NCBI RefSeq assembly: GCF_020745735.1 | Contig: NC_083407.1 | Coordinates: 29,751,857-29,815,856 of the forward strand | Length of the DNA stretch: 64,000 nt | From: Hemiscyllium ocellatum | Taxonomy: Eukaryota | Direction: 5' to 3' | In this document: positions 1-11,652 of the stretch, piece after piece | Numbering within the stretch: the first letter of the stretch is position 1 | How the letters are laid out: each line of letters begins with the position of its first letter | Notes under the pieces: generated by a model | The model's input: the letters and a program-made list of their open reading frames with translations, nothing else | Told to the model about the DNA's origin: nothing | Database searches by the model: none | Made by a program: the position numbers and the translations under genes

Positions 1-1287
1 ACTGTCATTTTGTTTGCCTGTCTCACTAATCATTAAATGAATGTGAATCTGTCATCAAGAGGAATCCCTCCCCTGCTGCTTCTTGGGATTAAAACTGTTG
101 TCTGTATTTTATAATATCATGTGGCAAACAACTAAGGATACAATCAATGATTATTCGATTAAGTGACATAATAATAGGTGACAATAGCTAATAAGTTTCG
201 ATTTAACTATTTTTTTTAAAAGGGATACTTTTTATTGATGTCAGCCAGTTAGACTACTCTTGAATTTCTTTTCCTTATCGTTGTAAACATAATAATATAT
301 TTTAACTCAGCTTGATCTATGAATTAAAGGAGATTAAAAGGCAAGAAATTGACCAGATTAGTACCCATTGTTTTAAGTACCTTTACAAGTCCAAAATTGT
401 ATCTCCGAACTGCATGTAAATTTGTGAGGAAAACCGCATTGAATTGATAAAGTTGTTAGTGCAAGTGTGATGACCATCTGCCGGAAATACGCAGAGCACG
501 TGGATTATACCAACAGTTAACTTGCAATGGTAATTTGATGCCAGTGGTGCCATTTTGAAACATTCTGACTAATGCCATCCCTTAGCTTTGCACAGCTGAA
601 CACACATTTAGCAGCAGGAAGTGGCCCCACATCAGCATGTATTTAAAGGGATCATCAGCCATCGACTACTTAGAAGTTAGCTGATGGTTCAGCATCCGCA
701 GGATTTTGCTTTTAATTTGCTTGATGTCTTTTGCTCATTGCTGTGAATCCATAAGTCCTTTGCCCCTTCTATACTTCATTCAAATTGCAAAACAGTGCAG
801 GAAGTGTTGTGAAGGATTTTATTTTGCTAACTTTAAGTGTTCAGCACATCTTGAAATACAGCATAACTGGAAAAGCAGTGGGGGAAATGAACATCACAAG
901 TTGCTCAAAGCAGAAAGTGGATGGAAGAAGGAGAGTTCCTCCTAGAAGGTCATTTCTAACCAGCATGTTCAGAGAGCAACTTTCCTACTTGAATCTTAGC
1001 AAGAAACAAATGTGTGATATTTGTAAAAAAATAATGTTACTGATATCCATCATCTAGTTCAGCTATAGCTATAGCTTCAGAGCAAAGTATGTATCAAATT
1101 GTCAGTGGTTATGAAAGAGAACATGAGCATGAATATGAACATTTATGCATTGAGCTCTTTCCCAAATGGAGACTGTGATTTATACGACATCCAAAATTTG
1201 CTGTCCACTGTTGCTTAAGAGGTTGCGGGTCTCAACTCAAAGACAGCAAAGTACATTGTCAAAGCCCATCAAAAGAAATATGTTTAA

Positions 1288-1455
1288 TAATAAAAACAGA
1301 AAATGCTGGAGAACACAATAGACCAGGCAGCATCTGTAGAAAAACAATGTTGACATTTTGAGTCCAATATGACTCTTCTACAGACTGCTGATTTCCTCCG
1401 GCATTTATTGTTTTTATTTTGGATTTCCAATATGAGCGGTAGGATCTTTTATTTC
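1288..1455. mobile_element. Old PLE pseudo-LTR-derived inverted repeat
   Basis: aaaaacagaaaatgctgga...ggcagcatctgt arm, a degenerate ribozyme-like stem (gagtccaatatgactc), and a return arm ggcatttattgtttttatt. Confidence 0.5.
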
Positions 1456-1824
1456 AGTACATGGCTTTGCAAGGATTGCAGATTTTGACATTGTGTAGGG
1501 TACCATTACATGGAAATCAATCCCTTAACATTGGCCTGTTATATGATCATGCAAAATGCAGGTCAGGATCTGACATCCTTGCTGCTGTTGTGATGCCTTC
1601 AGTTTTGCTGTGCCAACTGCATTTGAAACACCATGATGAACTAAAAGGTAACTACTGACTGCCAAGGGATATAACAGTATGGCTAGTATGACAGTATGAC
1701 AGTATTTTCCTGTCAGTTAAACATTCAGACATACAAAGCTGCAGACCATGAAAACCATTCTGCGCCTTGAACTGCAATAGAGTACTGAAACAATGCTCTG
1801 CCTTCTAGATCTTATTAAGTCTTA

Positions 1825-2265
1825 TGCTTGTCTTATGAGGAGGGCTGGAACAGTTCAGGCCTATACTCACTGGAGTTTGGAAAGATGAAAAGAGATCTAA
1901 TTGAGATACATAAAGGGGATGGATGAAGTAGACGTAGAGAGGATGTTTCCCTTTGTCAGACAATCTAGACTGAGAGGCTATAGTTTTGGGCTAAGAGGTG
2001 ACAGATTTAAAACAAAGATGAGAAGGAATTACATCCCTCAAAGGGTCGTGGAGCTTATTACCCCCAAGGTGCAGTGCACACCATGACTGAATGAATTTAA
2101 GGTGGAGATAGACAGATTTTTTAATTAGTATTGTCTTAAAAGGTTATGAAGAGCAAGCAGAAAAGTGGAATTGAGGCCAAGATGAGATAAGCCCTGATCA
2201 TATTAAATAGCGGAGAAGGTTTAAGGGCTGAACTATCTATCCCTGTTGCTCCTCTTATGTCGTTA
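1825..2265 (+). mobile_element. CR1 LINE 3' fragment
   Basis: Translates to C-terminal ORF2 motifs (VDVERMFP, RGYSFGLRG); ends in a tcttatg-type tail. Confidence 0.8.
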
Positions 2266-3124
2266 CTTTGGAGGAGCTATGCAGCAGAATGGGTGGTAAA
2301 ATTTCTGGTGTTTCGCTGCATGTTGTGGTGGTAGGAGAGTACAGAATTTGCATCGGATAAGTGACAAGCAGCTGAGGAGCTGGAGCATGAGAAGAAGGAG
2401 GAAGAAGTAAAAGAAGGGAAGAGGAAGTCTATTAAGCCGCTTTCAACACAGGCTCTCCAGAAAGAGCTATGTGTGATACCAATAGAGGCAACTATGTTTC
2501 CCATTCACCAACATTCCAACACCAGACTCTTCCTCTATCACTGATCATCCCAGTGTCTACTTGAAAACAACACAGAAATAAAAACCACCACAAAATGAAC
2601 ATTTTAAATCAAATATAGAAATAATATCATTTATACTGCATACAAAACTAAAATTATTCATCTTTTTCAGTTCCCTCAGCACATGTAATCTAGCTGCCTT
2701 TGCCAAACCATAGTCACCCTCAGGTTATGGCATGACTGGTGAAAGGCTACTGAATGTCAGTGAAGTGACTGTAGTCTGATAACATTGAGGAGCTCAGGGA
2801 TGAGATGTCCCATCTGTCAACTGCTTCATCTTGGCGTAGACAGCAGCAGATTCAGCTGACTGGCTGACAGGCAACAGCAAGGCACTAGTGGGTTGGCAGA
2901 AATGGGAATACAAATATTGCGTTGTCGAGAATGTGTAGGAGGCTTGTGGTCCAGAGGGTAATTGCCGCTGTCCTGATGTGACTCCTTACTACTCAGTGTA
3001 GTCTGCTGGACTGCTGTGGTACCTGGAAAGTTCTTTTGTGTACTATAGTACACAGCCATAATATCAGGAACTTGACTTTGTATGGCATGATAAATGTCTC
3101 TTTATATTTATTCTTTTACAGAAT

Positions 3125-3760
3125 TTTATCATTGGCTAGATCAGCGTTCATTGCACATTCCTAATTGGCCTTGAAAACGTGCTTAGTCATCACCTTGGAG
3201 CACTGCAATCTATGGGGGTGAGTTAGGCAATGTAGGTACACTCACAGTATTTTTAGAAGGGGGTTGCAGGCTTATGACCCAGCTGTAGTGAAGAAGGAGT
3301 GATATAGTTTCAAGTCACAATGGTGTGTTCCCTGCAGGAGAGCAGGTCTTTCCAAAGTATCTGTTGACATTTGTTGGAACAGTTGCAGATTTGGACAGTG
3401 CTATCAAAGCACACTTGCAGAGTTGCTGCAGTGCAGCTTGTGGATAGTACACATTGTTTGTGTGCTGATTATGGAGAACCTGAATGCTGACTGTGGCAGA
3501 TGGGGGCTGGAACAAAGTGTACTTGCACTTTGTGGATTGTTGGACAGGCTCTGGGGAGTTTTGGTCTTGAATCCATAGTATTTATATCGCTAGTCCAGTT
3601 AATGCATGCTGCATATGAGGAGATTCAACAATGATATCTCCATTGCAGTCATGGAGGTGAAAGATACATTCCTCCTTGTCAGAGATGATCATTGCCTGAC
3701 ACTTATGTGGGGCACATGTTACTTGTTACGTATCAACCCAGGCTGGAGTGTTGTCTAATC
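3125..3760 (-). mobile_element. Decayed LINE-like repeat sharing its 3' end with the second SINE family
   Basis: ggctagatcagcgttcattgcacattcctaattggcc resembles the reverse complement of the SINE 3' end at ~44925-44965; family not resolved. Confidence 0.4.
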
Positions 3761-3793
3761 CTCCAGGATACAGAGAGAGACACTAATAAATTA

Positions 3794-3983
3794 TGATTTG
3801 GAGATGCTGGTATTGGACTGGGGTGTACAAAGTTAAAAAACATACAACACCAGGCTATAGTCCAACAGGTTTAATTGGAAACACACTAGCTTTCGGAGCA
3901 ATGCTCCTTCATCAGGTGATAGTCTGACTGGTGTGTTTCCAGTTAAACCTGTTGGACTATAACCTGGTGTTGTGTGATTTTTA
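3794..3983. mobile_element. PLE family A hairpin insertion with minus-strand hammerhead motif
   Basis: Inverted arms (agttaaaaa...aacaccagg / cctggtgtt...tttttaact); minus-strand CTGATGA-AGGAGCATTGCTCC-GAAAGCTA; direct repeat actaataaatta at 3782-3793 and 3984-3995. Confidence 0.85.
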
Positions 3984-5157
3984 ACTAATAAATTAGTTGA
4001 GGAGCCAGAAATATTGCTGATCAATCAAGATTATTGATAAGTCAGTGATGGGATATGGCTTTTTTGAGGAATAGCTTCAGTTACCTTTGTAGTTTGTAGA
4101 GTATGGTATTTGTAGGTGGTATCACAGATGTTGATCACAAGTGCGAGGTTCATTGGTCTTTTTGTAATGTTATATCCAGGTCCTCAGGACGTGGCTCCTG
4201 CCGTTGATCTCCATGGCTATCTCCTCCCATTTTGAGAGTGTCACCTCCCCCTGTGAATACCACTTCCAATGCTACATCTGGATACCTTGCATTTGCTCTT
4301 TCAATTGGGGTGCCACTTTTTATATTATTTCCTTAATGAGATTCACTTCTTGCACATGTATTGGTGAATGCTGCAGCCACAATGGCCTTTGCCTTTCAGC
4401 AGTGCTTGGTTGCATTAAGTGGTGTGGACAGGTTTTAGCTGGTGCTAGAAAGTTATAAATTTGGATTCCTTGGTGATCTACAGCAGAAACCATTCAAATG
4501 AGTAAGCAGCAGCTAGCACATCTGAAGTCCACATTGCAACCAACAGGAGTTAACTGTGCATTGCAAGCTATACTTCCACTTTCAAGGCATCTTCTATTTA
4601 AAGCCAAAGATTGTGATAGGAAGATTTCTGTTTCAAAAACACCATGTTTATTCTCTTGGCCCATATACACAGAGTTCATCTTATCTTGTATCAGCATGGT
4701 GTGAATTATTTATAGTTTCTATAATTTATAACTTATTTATGCTTCACTTCTGTAATTTATTTACTGATCTGCTCAAAAGCTGAGAGCTGCTGAAAGCTCT
4801 GGTTAACTGCAGCCGAAATAGTGACATTAAATTGTCAAACTGAAATATCAGTTAAAGAAAGCAGCATTGCAATTTCATTAAGTTTGTTAATTTTCTAAGG
4901 AAGATCTATCTGGCATTTTATAACTGTACTGGGTGATGAGTGTGCCTGCAAATCCTGCCTTGTGAAAACCCCTAATAATCCTTCATGCAGCCTATATGTC
5001 AATTGGTGGTTTCCTTTTATCTATTGTTGAAGTTCAATCAATCATAAACTTGAAGAAAGATTATCTCTGAAAAATTTGATCGAGATTCATCAGAAGTTTA
5101 GTTTGAAGCAGCATTTTGTGGTCCTCACCTGGTGCTGGATTCTTTCCCCCTTATTGC

Positions 5158-5420
5158 ATTCATTGACATTGCTGTTCAGGTCAGTATTTATTGTTCATCC
5201 TTAATTTCCCTCGGGACGATCATTGTGAATCATCTGCTTGAATACAACTGTGTGGCTTATTTGTCAGGGAGCAATTGAAGGGCAACGCATACTTGACAAG
5301 GATTCCGGATTTCCTTCCCTGAATGGACCAAATGGAAAAGCAATAGTTTCAAGACTCCCATAGCTAAACTAACTTTTTGTTCCATACTTTTATTTTAATT
5401 TAGTTGAAATTCCCTAATAG
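5158..5420 (-). mobile_element. tRNA-derived SINE family 2, decayed
   Basis: Reverse-complement similarity to 44671-44996. Confidence 0.5.
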
Positions 5421-5787
5421 GCAGTATTGTGGACAGTGAGGAAGGTTATCAGAAATTGCAGCAAGACTATGATCAGCTGGAGAAGTCAGCCAAGAAATGG
5501 CAAATGGAGTTTAATATAGATAAGTGCATTTTGGAAAGTCAAATCAAGGTATGAGTTCCATGGTGAATGGTAGGGCCTTAAGAAGTATAGTGGAACAAAG
5601 GGACCTTGGAGTTCAGGTGTACAGTTCTCTGACAGTGGAGTCACAGGTAGACAAGGCAGTGAAAAAGACTTTTGGCACACTGGCCTTTATCAGTCAGGGC
5701 ATTGAGTCTAGGAGTTGGGAAGTAATGTTGCAGTTGTACAGGATGTTGGTGAGGCCACACTTGGAATATTGTGTTCAGGTGACGACC

Positions 5788-5870
5788 GCTGAAAATGTGT
5801 TGCTGGTCAAAGCACAGCAGGCCAGGCAGCATCTCAGGAATAGGAAATTCGACGTTTCGAGCATGAGCCC
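5788..5870 (-). mobile_element. PLE family C terminal fragment with partial hammerhead, nested in the family A insertion
   Basis: Matches the arm at 8607-8694; flanked by ttcaggtgacgacc at 5774-5787 and 5871-5884. Confidence 0.8.
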
Positions 5871-5878
5871 TTCAGGTG

Positions 5879-6007
5879 ACGACCACCTGATGAAGGAGCG
5901 GTGCTCCGAAAGCTAGTGTGCTTCTAATTAAACCTGTTGGACTAGAACCTGGTGTTGTGTGATTTTTAACTTTGTACACCCAGTCCAACACTGGCACCTC
6001 CAAATCA
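5879..6007 (+). mobile_element. PLE family A terminal fragment with hammerhead motif
   Basis: cac-CTGATGA-AGGAGCGGTGCTCC-GAAAGCTA-gtg; outer direct repeat tgtgttcag at 5770-5778 and 6008-6016. Confidence 0.85.
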
Positions 6008-6123
6008 TGTGTTCAGTTTTGGTCACTTTGCTGCAGGAAAGATACTCTTCTACTGGAAAGAGTGCAGAAGAAATTTATAAGGATGTTACCAGAACTCTAA
6101 GGTCTGAGTGAAAGGGAGAGGTT

Positions 6124-7219
6124 CAAGGTTTGTGTGAAGATTTGTAACTCGGGTGCTCGTTGTTGTGGTTCTGTTCGCCGAGCTGGAAGTTTTTGTTGCA
6201 AACGTTTCATCCACTGGCTAGGCAACATCATCAGTGCTCTGGAGCCTCCTGCGAAGCGCTTCTTTGATGTTTCTTCCGGTATTTATAGTGGTCTGTCCTT
6301 GCCGCTTCCGGGTGTCAGTTTCAGCTGTCCGCTGTAGTGGTTGGTATATTGGGTCCAGGTCGATGTGTTTGTTGATGGAGTTTGTGGATGAATGCCATGC
6401 CTCTAGGAATTCCCTGGCTGTTCTCTGTCTGGCTTGCCCTATGATAGTAGTGTTTTCCCAGTCGAATTCATGTTGCTTGTTGTCTGAGTGTGTAGCTGGT
6501 CGTGTCGTTTCGTGGCTAGTTGATGTTCATGTATGCGGATTGTTAGCTGTCTTCCTGTTTGTCCTATATAGTGTTTTGTGCAGTCCTTGCATGGAACCAA
6601 AAGGACTAGCCACACTACCATACATCAGGAGCGTTTCAGAACTGACAGCCAGACTACTGCGACCCTTAGGACTCATAAGGGCACACAAACCAACAGCCAC
6701 ACTCAGACAACAACTTACTAGAACAAAGGACCCGATACCCAACATGAGCAAAACTAATGTAGTTTACAAAATACCATGCAAGGACTGCACAAAACACTAT
6801 ATAGGACAAACAGGAAGACAGCTAACAATCCGCATACATGAACATCAACTAGCCACGAAACGACACGACCAGCTATCCCTAGTAGCCACACACTCAGACA
6901 ACAAGCAACATGAATTTGACTGGGAAAACACTACTATCATAGGGCAAGCCAGACAGAGAACAGCCAGGGAATTCCTAGAGGCATGGCATTCATCCACAAA
7001 CTCCATCAACAAACACATTGACCTGGACCCAATATACCAACCACTACAGCGGACAGCTGAAACTGACACCTGGAAGTGGCAAGGACAGACCACTATAAAT
7101 ACCGGAAGAAACATCAAAGAAGCGCTTCGCAGGAGGCTCCAGAGCACTGATGATGTCGCCTAGCCAGGGGACGAAACGTTTGCAACAAAAACTTCCAGCT
7201 CGGCGAACAGAACCACAAC
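6124..7219. mobile_element. Penelope/Poseidon-type PLE: two inverted 5'-truncated copies encoding the GIY-YIG endonuclease end
   Basis: Plus arm translates to NVVYKIPCKDCTKHYIGQTGRQLTIRIHEH...REFLEAW; minus arm 6124-6592 mirrors it; 13-bp TSD aaagggagaggtt at 6111-6123 and 7220-7232. Confidence 0.92.
7144..7183 (+). ncRNA. Minimal hammerhead ribozyme motif (mirror copy on minus strand at ~6197-6236)
   Basis: gca-CTGATGA-T-GTC-(loop)-GAC-GAAAC-GTT-tgc: core, stem I gca/tgc, palindromic helix III ACGU. Confidence 0.75.
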
Positions 7220-8289
7220 AAAGGGAGAGGTTGGACAAGCGAGGACTTTTCTCTTTAGAATATAGGAAACAGTAGGGGGGGATTTTATAGAAGTGTATAA
7301 GATCATGAGAGGATGGATAGGGTGAATGCATTCAGTCTTTATTCCCAGGGTTAGGGAATCGAAGACTAGAGGGCATCGGTTTCAGGTTAGAGTGGAAAGA
7401 ATAAAAGGGAACCTGAGGGACAACCTCTTTTTGCAGAGGGTAGTACATTTGAGGAATGAGCTGCCAGTGGAAGTGGTTGAGGCAGGTACATTAACAACAT
7501 TTAAATGGCATTTGGACAAACACATGGATAGGAAAGGTTTAGATGGATACAGACCAAGTGCAGGGACATGGGATTAGCGTGGATGGACATTTTGGTTGGC
7601 ATGGACCAGTTTGGGGCAAGGGGCTGAGCACTGTACCATAGGACTCTATGACTCTATGGCATAGTAGGATTTGAACATATCTCCAGGCCCAGGCCCTGGA
7701 ATTCTAAATTGATATGCTGACCGTTTGAATCCAATTGAGATGAGAATTAAAATTTAATTGAAAATTAAAAATGACATGATAGTAAGCCTACTTTCAATTT
7801 CAGGTAATAAGACATTTGACCATAAGACATAGGAGTAGAAGTAAGGCCATTCAGCCCATGGAGTCCACTTTGCCATTTTATCATGGCTAATGGACATTTC
7901 AACTCTACTTACCCGCACTCTCCCCTTAGACCTTAACAATTTATCAATCTCTGCCTTGAAGACATTTAATGTCCTGACCCCCACTGCACTCCGTGGCAAT
8001 GAATTCCACAGGCCCACCACTCTCTGGCTGAAGAAATGTCTACTTGTTTCTGTTCTAAATTGACCCCCTCTAATTCTAAGGTTGTACCATGGGTCCTAGT
8101 CTCCCTGCCTAACAGAAACAACTTCTCAGCATCCACCCTTTCCAAGCCATGCATCATCTTGTAAGTTTCTATTAGATGTCCCCTCAACCTTCTGAACTCC
8201 AACAAATACAATCCCAGGATCCTCAGCCGCTCATCGTATGTTCGGCCGACCATTCCAGGGATCATCATGAATCTCCACTGGACATGCTC

Positions 8290-8468
8290 CTCTCACTTAT
8301 CTCTCCACTCTGCAGGCTCTCTGCCTCTATTCCTGATGAAGGGCTTTTGCCTGAAACATCAATTTTCCTGCTCCTCAGATGCTGCCTGAACTGCTGTGCT
8401 TTTCCAGCACCACTCTAATCTAGAATCTAGAATCTGGTTTCCAGCATCTGGAGTCCTTGTTTTTACCT
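8290..8468 (+). mobile_element. PLE family B 3' terminal fragment with hammerhead motif (8333-8360)
   Basis: CTGATGA-AGGGCTTTTGCCT-GAAACATC followed by the family tail ...ccagcatctggagtccttgtttttacct. Confidence 0.85.
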
Positions 8469-8607
8469 TTATTCAGTGCCGGTATGTCCTTCCTGAGGTA
8501 CTGAGCCCAAATCTAGACACAGTATTCTAAATGGGGTCTAACTAGAGCTTTATAAAGTCTCAGATGCACATCGCTGTATTTATATTCCAGCCCTCTCGAG
8601 ATAAATG

Positions 8608-8832
8608 CTGAAAATGTGCTGCTGGTTAAAGCACAGCAGGTTAGGCAGCATCCAAGGAACAGGAAATTCGACGTTTCGGGCCAGAGCCCTTCATCAGGAA
8701 ATGATTCCTGATGAAGGGCTCTGGCCCGAAACGTCGAATTTCCTGTTCCTTGGATGCTGCCTAACCTGCTGTGCTTTGACCAGCAGCACATTTTCAGTTC
8801 TGATCTCCAGCATCTGCAGACCTCACTTTTTA
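8608..8832. mobile_element. PLE family C near-perfect palindrome with a hammerhead motif on each strand
   Basis: Arms ~95 bp around ~8702; motif CTGATGA-AGGGCTCTGGCCC-GAAACGTC at 8708-8735 (+) and 8670-8697 (-); TSD ctct(c/t)gagataaatg at 8593-8607 and 8833-8847. Confidence 0.92.
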
Positions 8833-10224
8833 CTCTTGAGATAAATGACAACATTACATTCACTTTCTTAATCACTGACTCTACCTGCAAGTTAACCCTC
8901 AGAGGATCCTGGAATAGTATTTCCAGATCCACTTGTACTTCAGTTTCATGAATTTTCTCGCTGTTTAGAAAATAATCTCTGCCTGTATTCTTTTTTCCAA
9001 AGTGCAAGACTTCACATTTTCTCACGTTGAATTTCATCAGCCATTTCTGGACCACACACCTAAACTGTCTAAACCTTTCTGCAGCCTCCCCACTTCCTCA
9101 GTACTACCTGCCTGTCCACCTAACTTTGTATCATCAGCAAACTTTGCCAGAATGTCCCCAGTCCCTTCATCCAGATCATTAATGTATAAAGATTAGCTGC
9201 AGCCCCAACACTGAACCCTGCAGGACAACACTTGCCACCTGCTCCCATTCCGAAAAAGAATCTTTTATCTCAGCTATCTGCCTTCTGTGAATCCTCAATC
9301 TATGCCAGTCTCTCACCTTGAATACAATGGACCCTCACCTGACTCTCCCGTGAGGCAACATATCAAAGACCTTTTGGAAGTCTAGGTAGATACCATCTAC
9401 TGGGTTTCCCTAGTCTAACATACTTGTTACCTCTTTAAAGAGTTATAACAGGTTTGTTAGGCACGACTTCCCCTTACTAAATCCATGCTACCTTTTTCTA
9501 ATCCGACCCTGCACTTCCAAGAATTTAGAAGTCTCATCCTTAACAATGGAATCTAGAATTTTACCAACAACCGATGTTAGGCTAATTGGCCTATAATTTC
9601 TCATCCTTCATCTTGATCCTTTCTTGAACAAGGGCGTTACAACAACGCTTTTCCAATCATCTGGGACTTTCCCTGAGTCCAGTGACTTTTGAAAATCACA
9701 ACCAACACTATTTCCTCAACCACATCCCTCAGAACTCCAGGATGTAGCCCATCAGGGCCAAGAGATTTATCAATGTTTAGACCTTTTTGCTTTTCTCACA
9801 CTTTCTCTTTTGTAATGGCTATCATACTCAACTCTGCCTCCTGACTCTCCTTAATTGTTGCGATAGTACTCATGTCTTCCACTGTGAAGACTGATGCAAA
9901 GTACTTATTAAGTTCTTCAGCTATTTCCTTATTTCCTATCACTAATCTTCCAGCATCAATTTGGGGCAGCCCAATATCTACTTTTGCCTCTCATATGTTT
10001 CTTATGTATTGAAAGAACCTTTTACTATCATTTCTAATATAAATGGCTAGCTTACCTCCATATTTGATCTTCTCCTTCCTTATTTGTCTCCTTGTTATCT
10101 TCTGTTTGTTTTTGTAGCCATCCCAATCTTCTGATTTTCCAGTGCTCTTGACCACTTTATAGGCTCTCTCTTTTTATTTGATACATTTTCTGACTTCCTT
10201 TGTCAGCCATGGCTGTCTAATGCC

Positions 10225-10305
10225 ACCTCCTCCCCATCCACCATCACAGACACAACACAGACCGCACCCCCCCCGCCCCCACCACCACCACCAACACCAC
10301 CACAC
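10225..10305. repeat. C-rich/(CAC)n low-complexity expansion inside CR1
   Basis: ccaccaccaccaccaacaccaccac and poly-C runs. Confidence 0.8.
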
Positions 10306-11064
10306 TCCGATAATCTTCCTTTTCTTTGAGATGAACCTCTGTACTGTGTCCTCAATTACACCCAGAAACTCCTGCCATTGTTGCTCTACTGTCTTCCCCT
10401 CCAGGTTCTGCTTCCAGTTGATTTTCATCAGTTTCTCTCTCATGCCCCTGTAATTACCTTTATTTAATTGTAACACCATTAATCAGATTTTGCCTTCCCT
10501 CTTTCAAACTGCAGACTGAACTCTACCATATTATGATCATGTTACATTGATGTAATATTACAGTTCTGCATGAAAAGGTTTATCACTTTCACACAACATG
10601 TTAAGAAGATAGAATATCAATATTCAAATCCTTCCAGTGTATGGCAATGGCAAACAGCAAGATTGGAAAAGATTCCAATGGAAAAAAAACATTGGAGCCT
10701 TTGCTATCACTATCCATAGTTCTGGATTATGACATTCATGTTAAAGTGCATAAATGGGATGCCATCAACTGGATGATATTACTGTGAGTAAGCATGATTG
10801 AATATAACACAGTGCTGGTTGAATTATGCCTTAGTAATGTGATCACTCTCTTTCAGTGTGCTGCTCAAATTCTGGTCCAATCCACAGCATCAACTTCTCC
10901 ATTATTGTCCGGGTATAGAGGCAGTTCCCACAGCCACTCCAGCTGGAATAACAATACTGTTGGCATCCGTGTGATCTAAACCAGCTGACCCAGCACAATG
11001 AGCCATCCAACCTCTCAAGAAGTTTGAGTTGCTATGGCAAAACACACTTTTGCATTCATGTCGT

Positions 11065-11652
11065 AGTCCAAATTGTACAAGACATTGGTTCGGCCGCGTA
11101 TAGAATATTGTGTACAGTTCTGGTCGCCACATTACCAAAAGGATGTGGATACTTTGGAGAAGGTGCAGAGAAGGTTCATGAGGATGTTGCCTGGTATGGA
11201 CGGTGCTAGCTATGAAGAAAGGTTGAGTAGGTTACGTTTATTTTCAGTAGAGAAAAGGAGATTGAGGGGGGGACCTGATTGAGGTTTAGAAAATCATGAA
11301 GGGTATAGACAGGGTGGATAGAGACAAGCTTTTTCCCAGGGTGAAGGATTCAATAGCGGGAGGTCACACTTTCAAGGTGAGAGGTAGAATGTTTAAGGGG
11401 GATACATGCTGCAAGTACTTCACACAGAGCGTGGTGGGCATTTAGAACGCGTTGCCAGCAGAAGTGGTAGAGGCAGGCACGGTAGATTAATTTAAGATGC
11501 GTCTGGATAAATGCATGAGTTGTTGGGGAGCAGAGGGACACAAATGCTTAGGAATTGACCGACAGGTTTAAACAGTACATTTGGATCAGCTCAGGCTTAG
11601 GACTGAAGGGACTATTCCTGGGCTGTAAATTGTCTTTGTTCTTTGCTCTTTG
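11065..11652 (+). mobile_element. CR1 3' fragment
   Basis: YKTLVRPRIEYCVQFWSPHYQKD; (ttctttg)-type tail at ~11632-11652. Confidence 0.9.

Larger units (their letters stand above)
930..2330 (+). pseudogene. Decayed PIF/Harbinger transposase remnant, interrupted by a PLE-derived repeat (~1288-1455) and a CR1 fragment (~1825-2265)
   Basis: Collinear motif remnants across frames: FREQLSYLNLS (~968), ALSSFPNG (~1147), FAVHCCLR (~1197), GFARIADF (~1463), QSLNIGLLYDH (~1518), KGY (~1664), VLKQ (~1782), then GGAMQ and EWVVKFLVFRCML (~2270-2325). These resemble HARBI1-type transposase motifs. Confidence 0.6.
5418..7658 (+). mobile_element. 5'-truncated CR1/HER1-type LINE carrying three nested PLE insertions
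   Basis: ORF2 C-terminal motifs (RDLGVQV, LYRMLVRPHLEYCVQ, RGHRFQVR); (gactctat)n tail at ~7642-7658. Confidence 0.9.
7820..10540 (-). mobile_element. Long decayed CR1 ORF2 fragment (RT region) with two PLE insertions
   Basis: Minus-strand translations KFNVRKCEVLHFGKKN, LYKALVRPHLEYCV, RRLRGHLIETYK; tail cataagacatag at 7821. Confidence 0.9.

Noticed and set aside
6234-7163. 309-aa ORF as a novel gene
   Set aside because: It is a chimera of an antisense PLE arm and a truncated GIY-YIG region, created by the inversion.
8605-8844. Recurrent Cys/Trp-rich short ORFs (CCWLKHSR, WCWKSTA; also 28278, 37340, 63740)
   Set aside because: Translations of non-coding PLE terminal repeats.
10174-10479. 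His/Pro-rich and Trp/Gly-rich ORFs
   Set aside because: A microsatellite expansion within a CR1.
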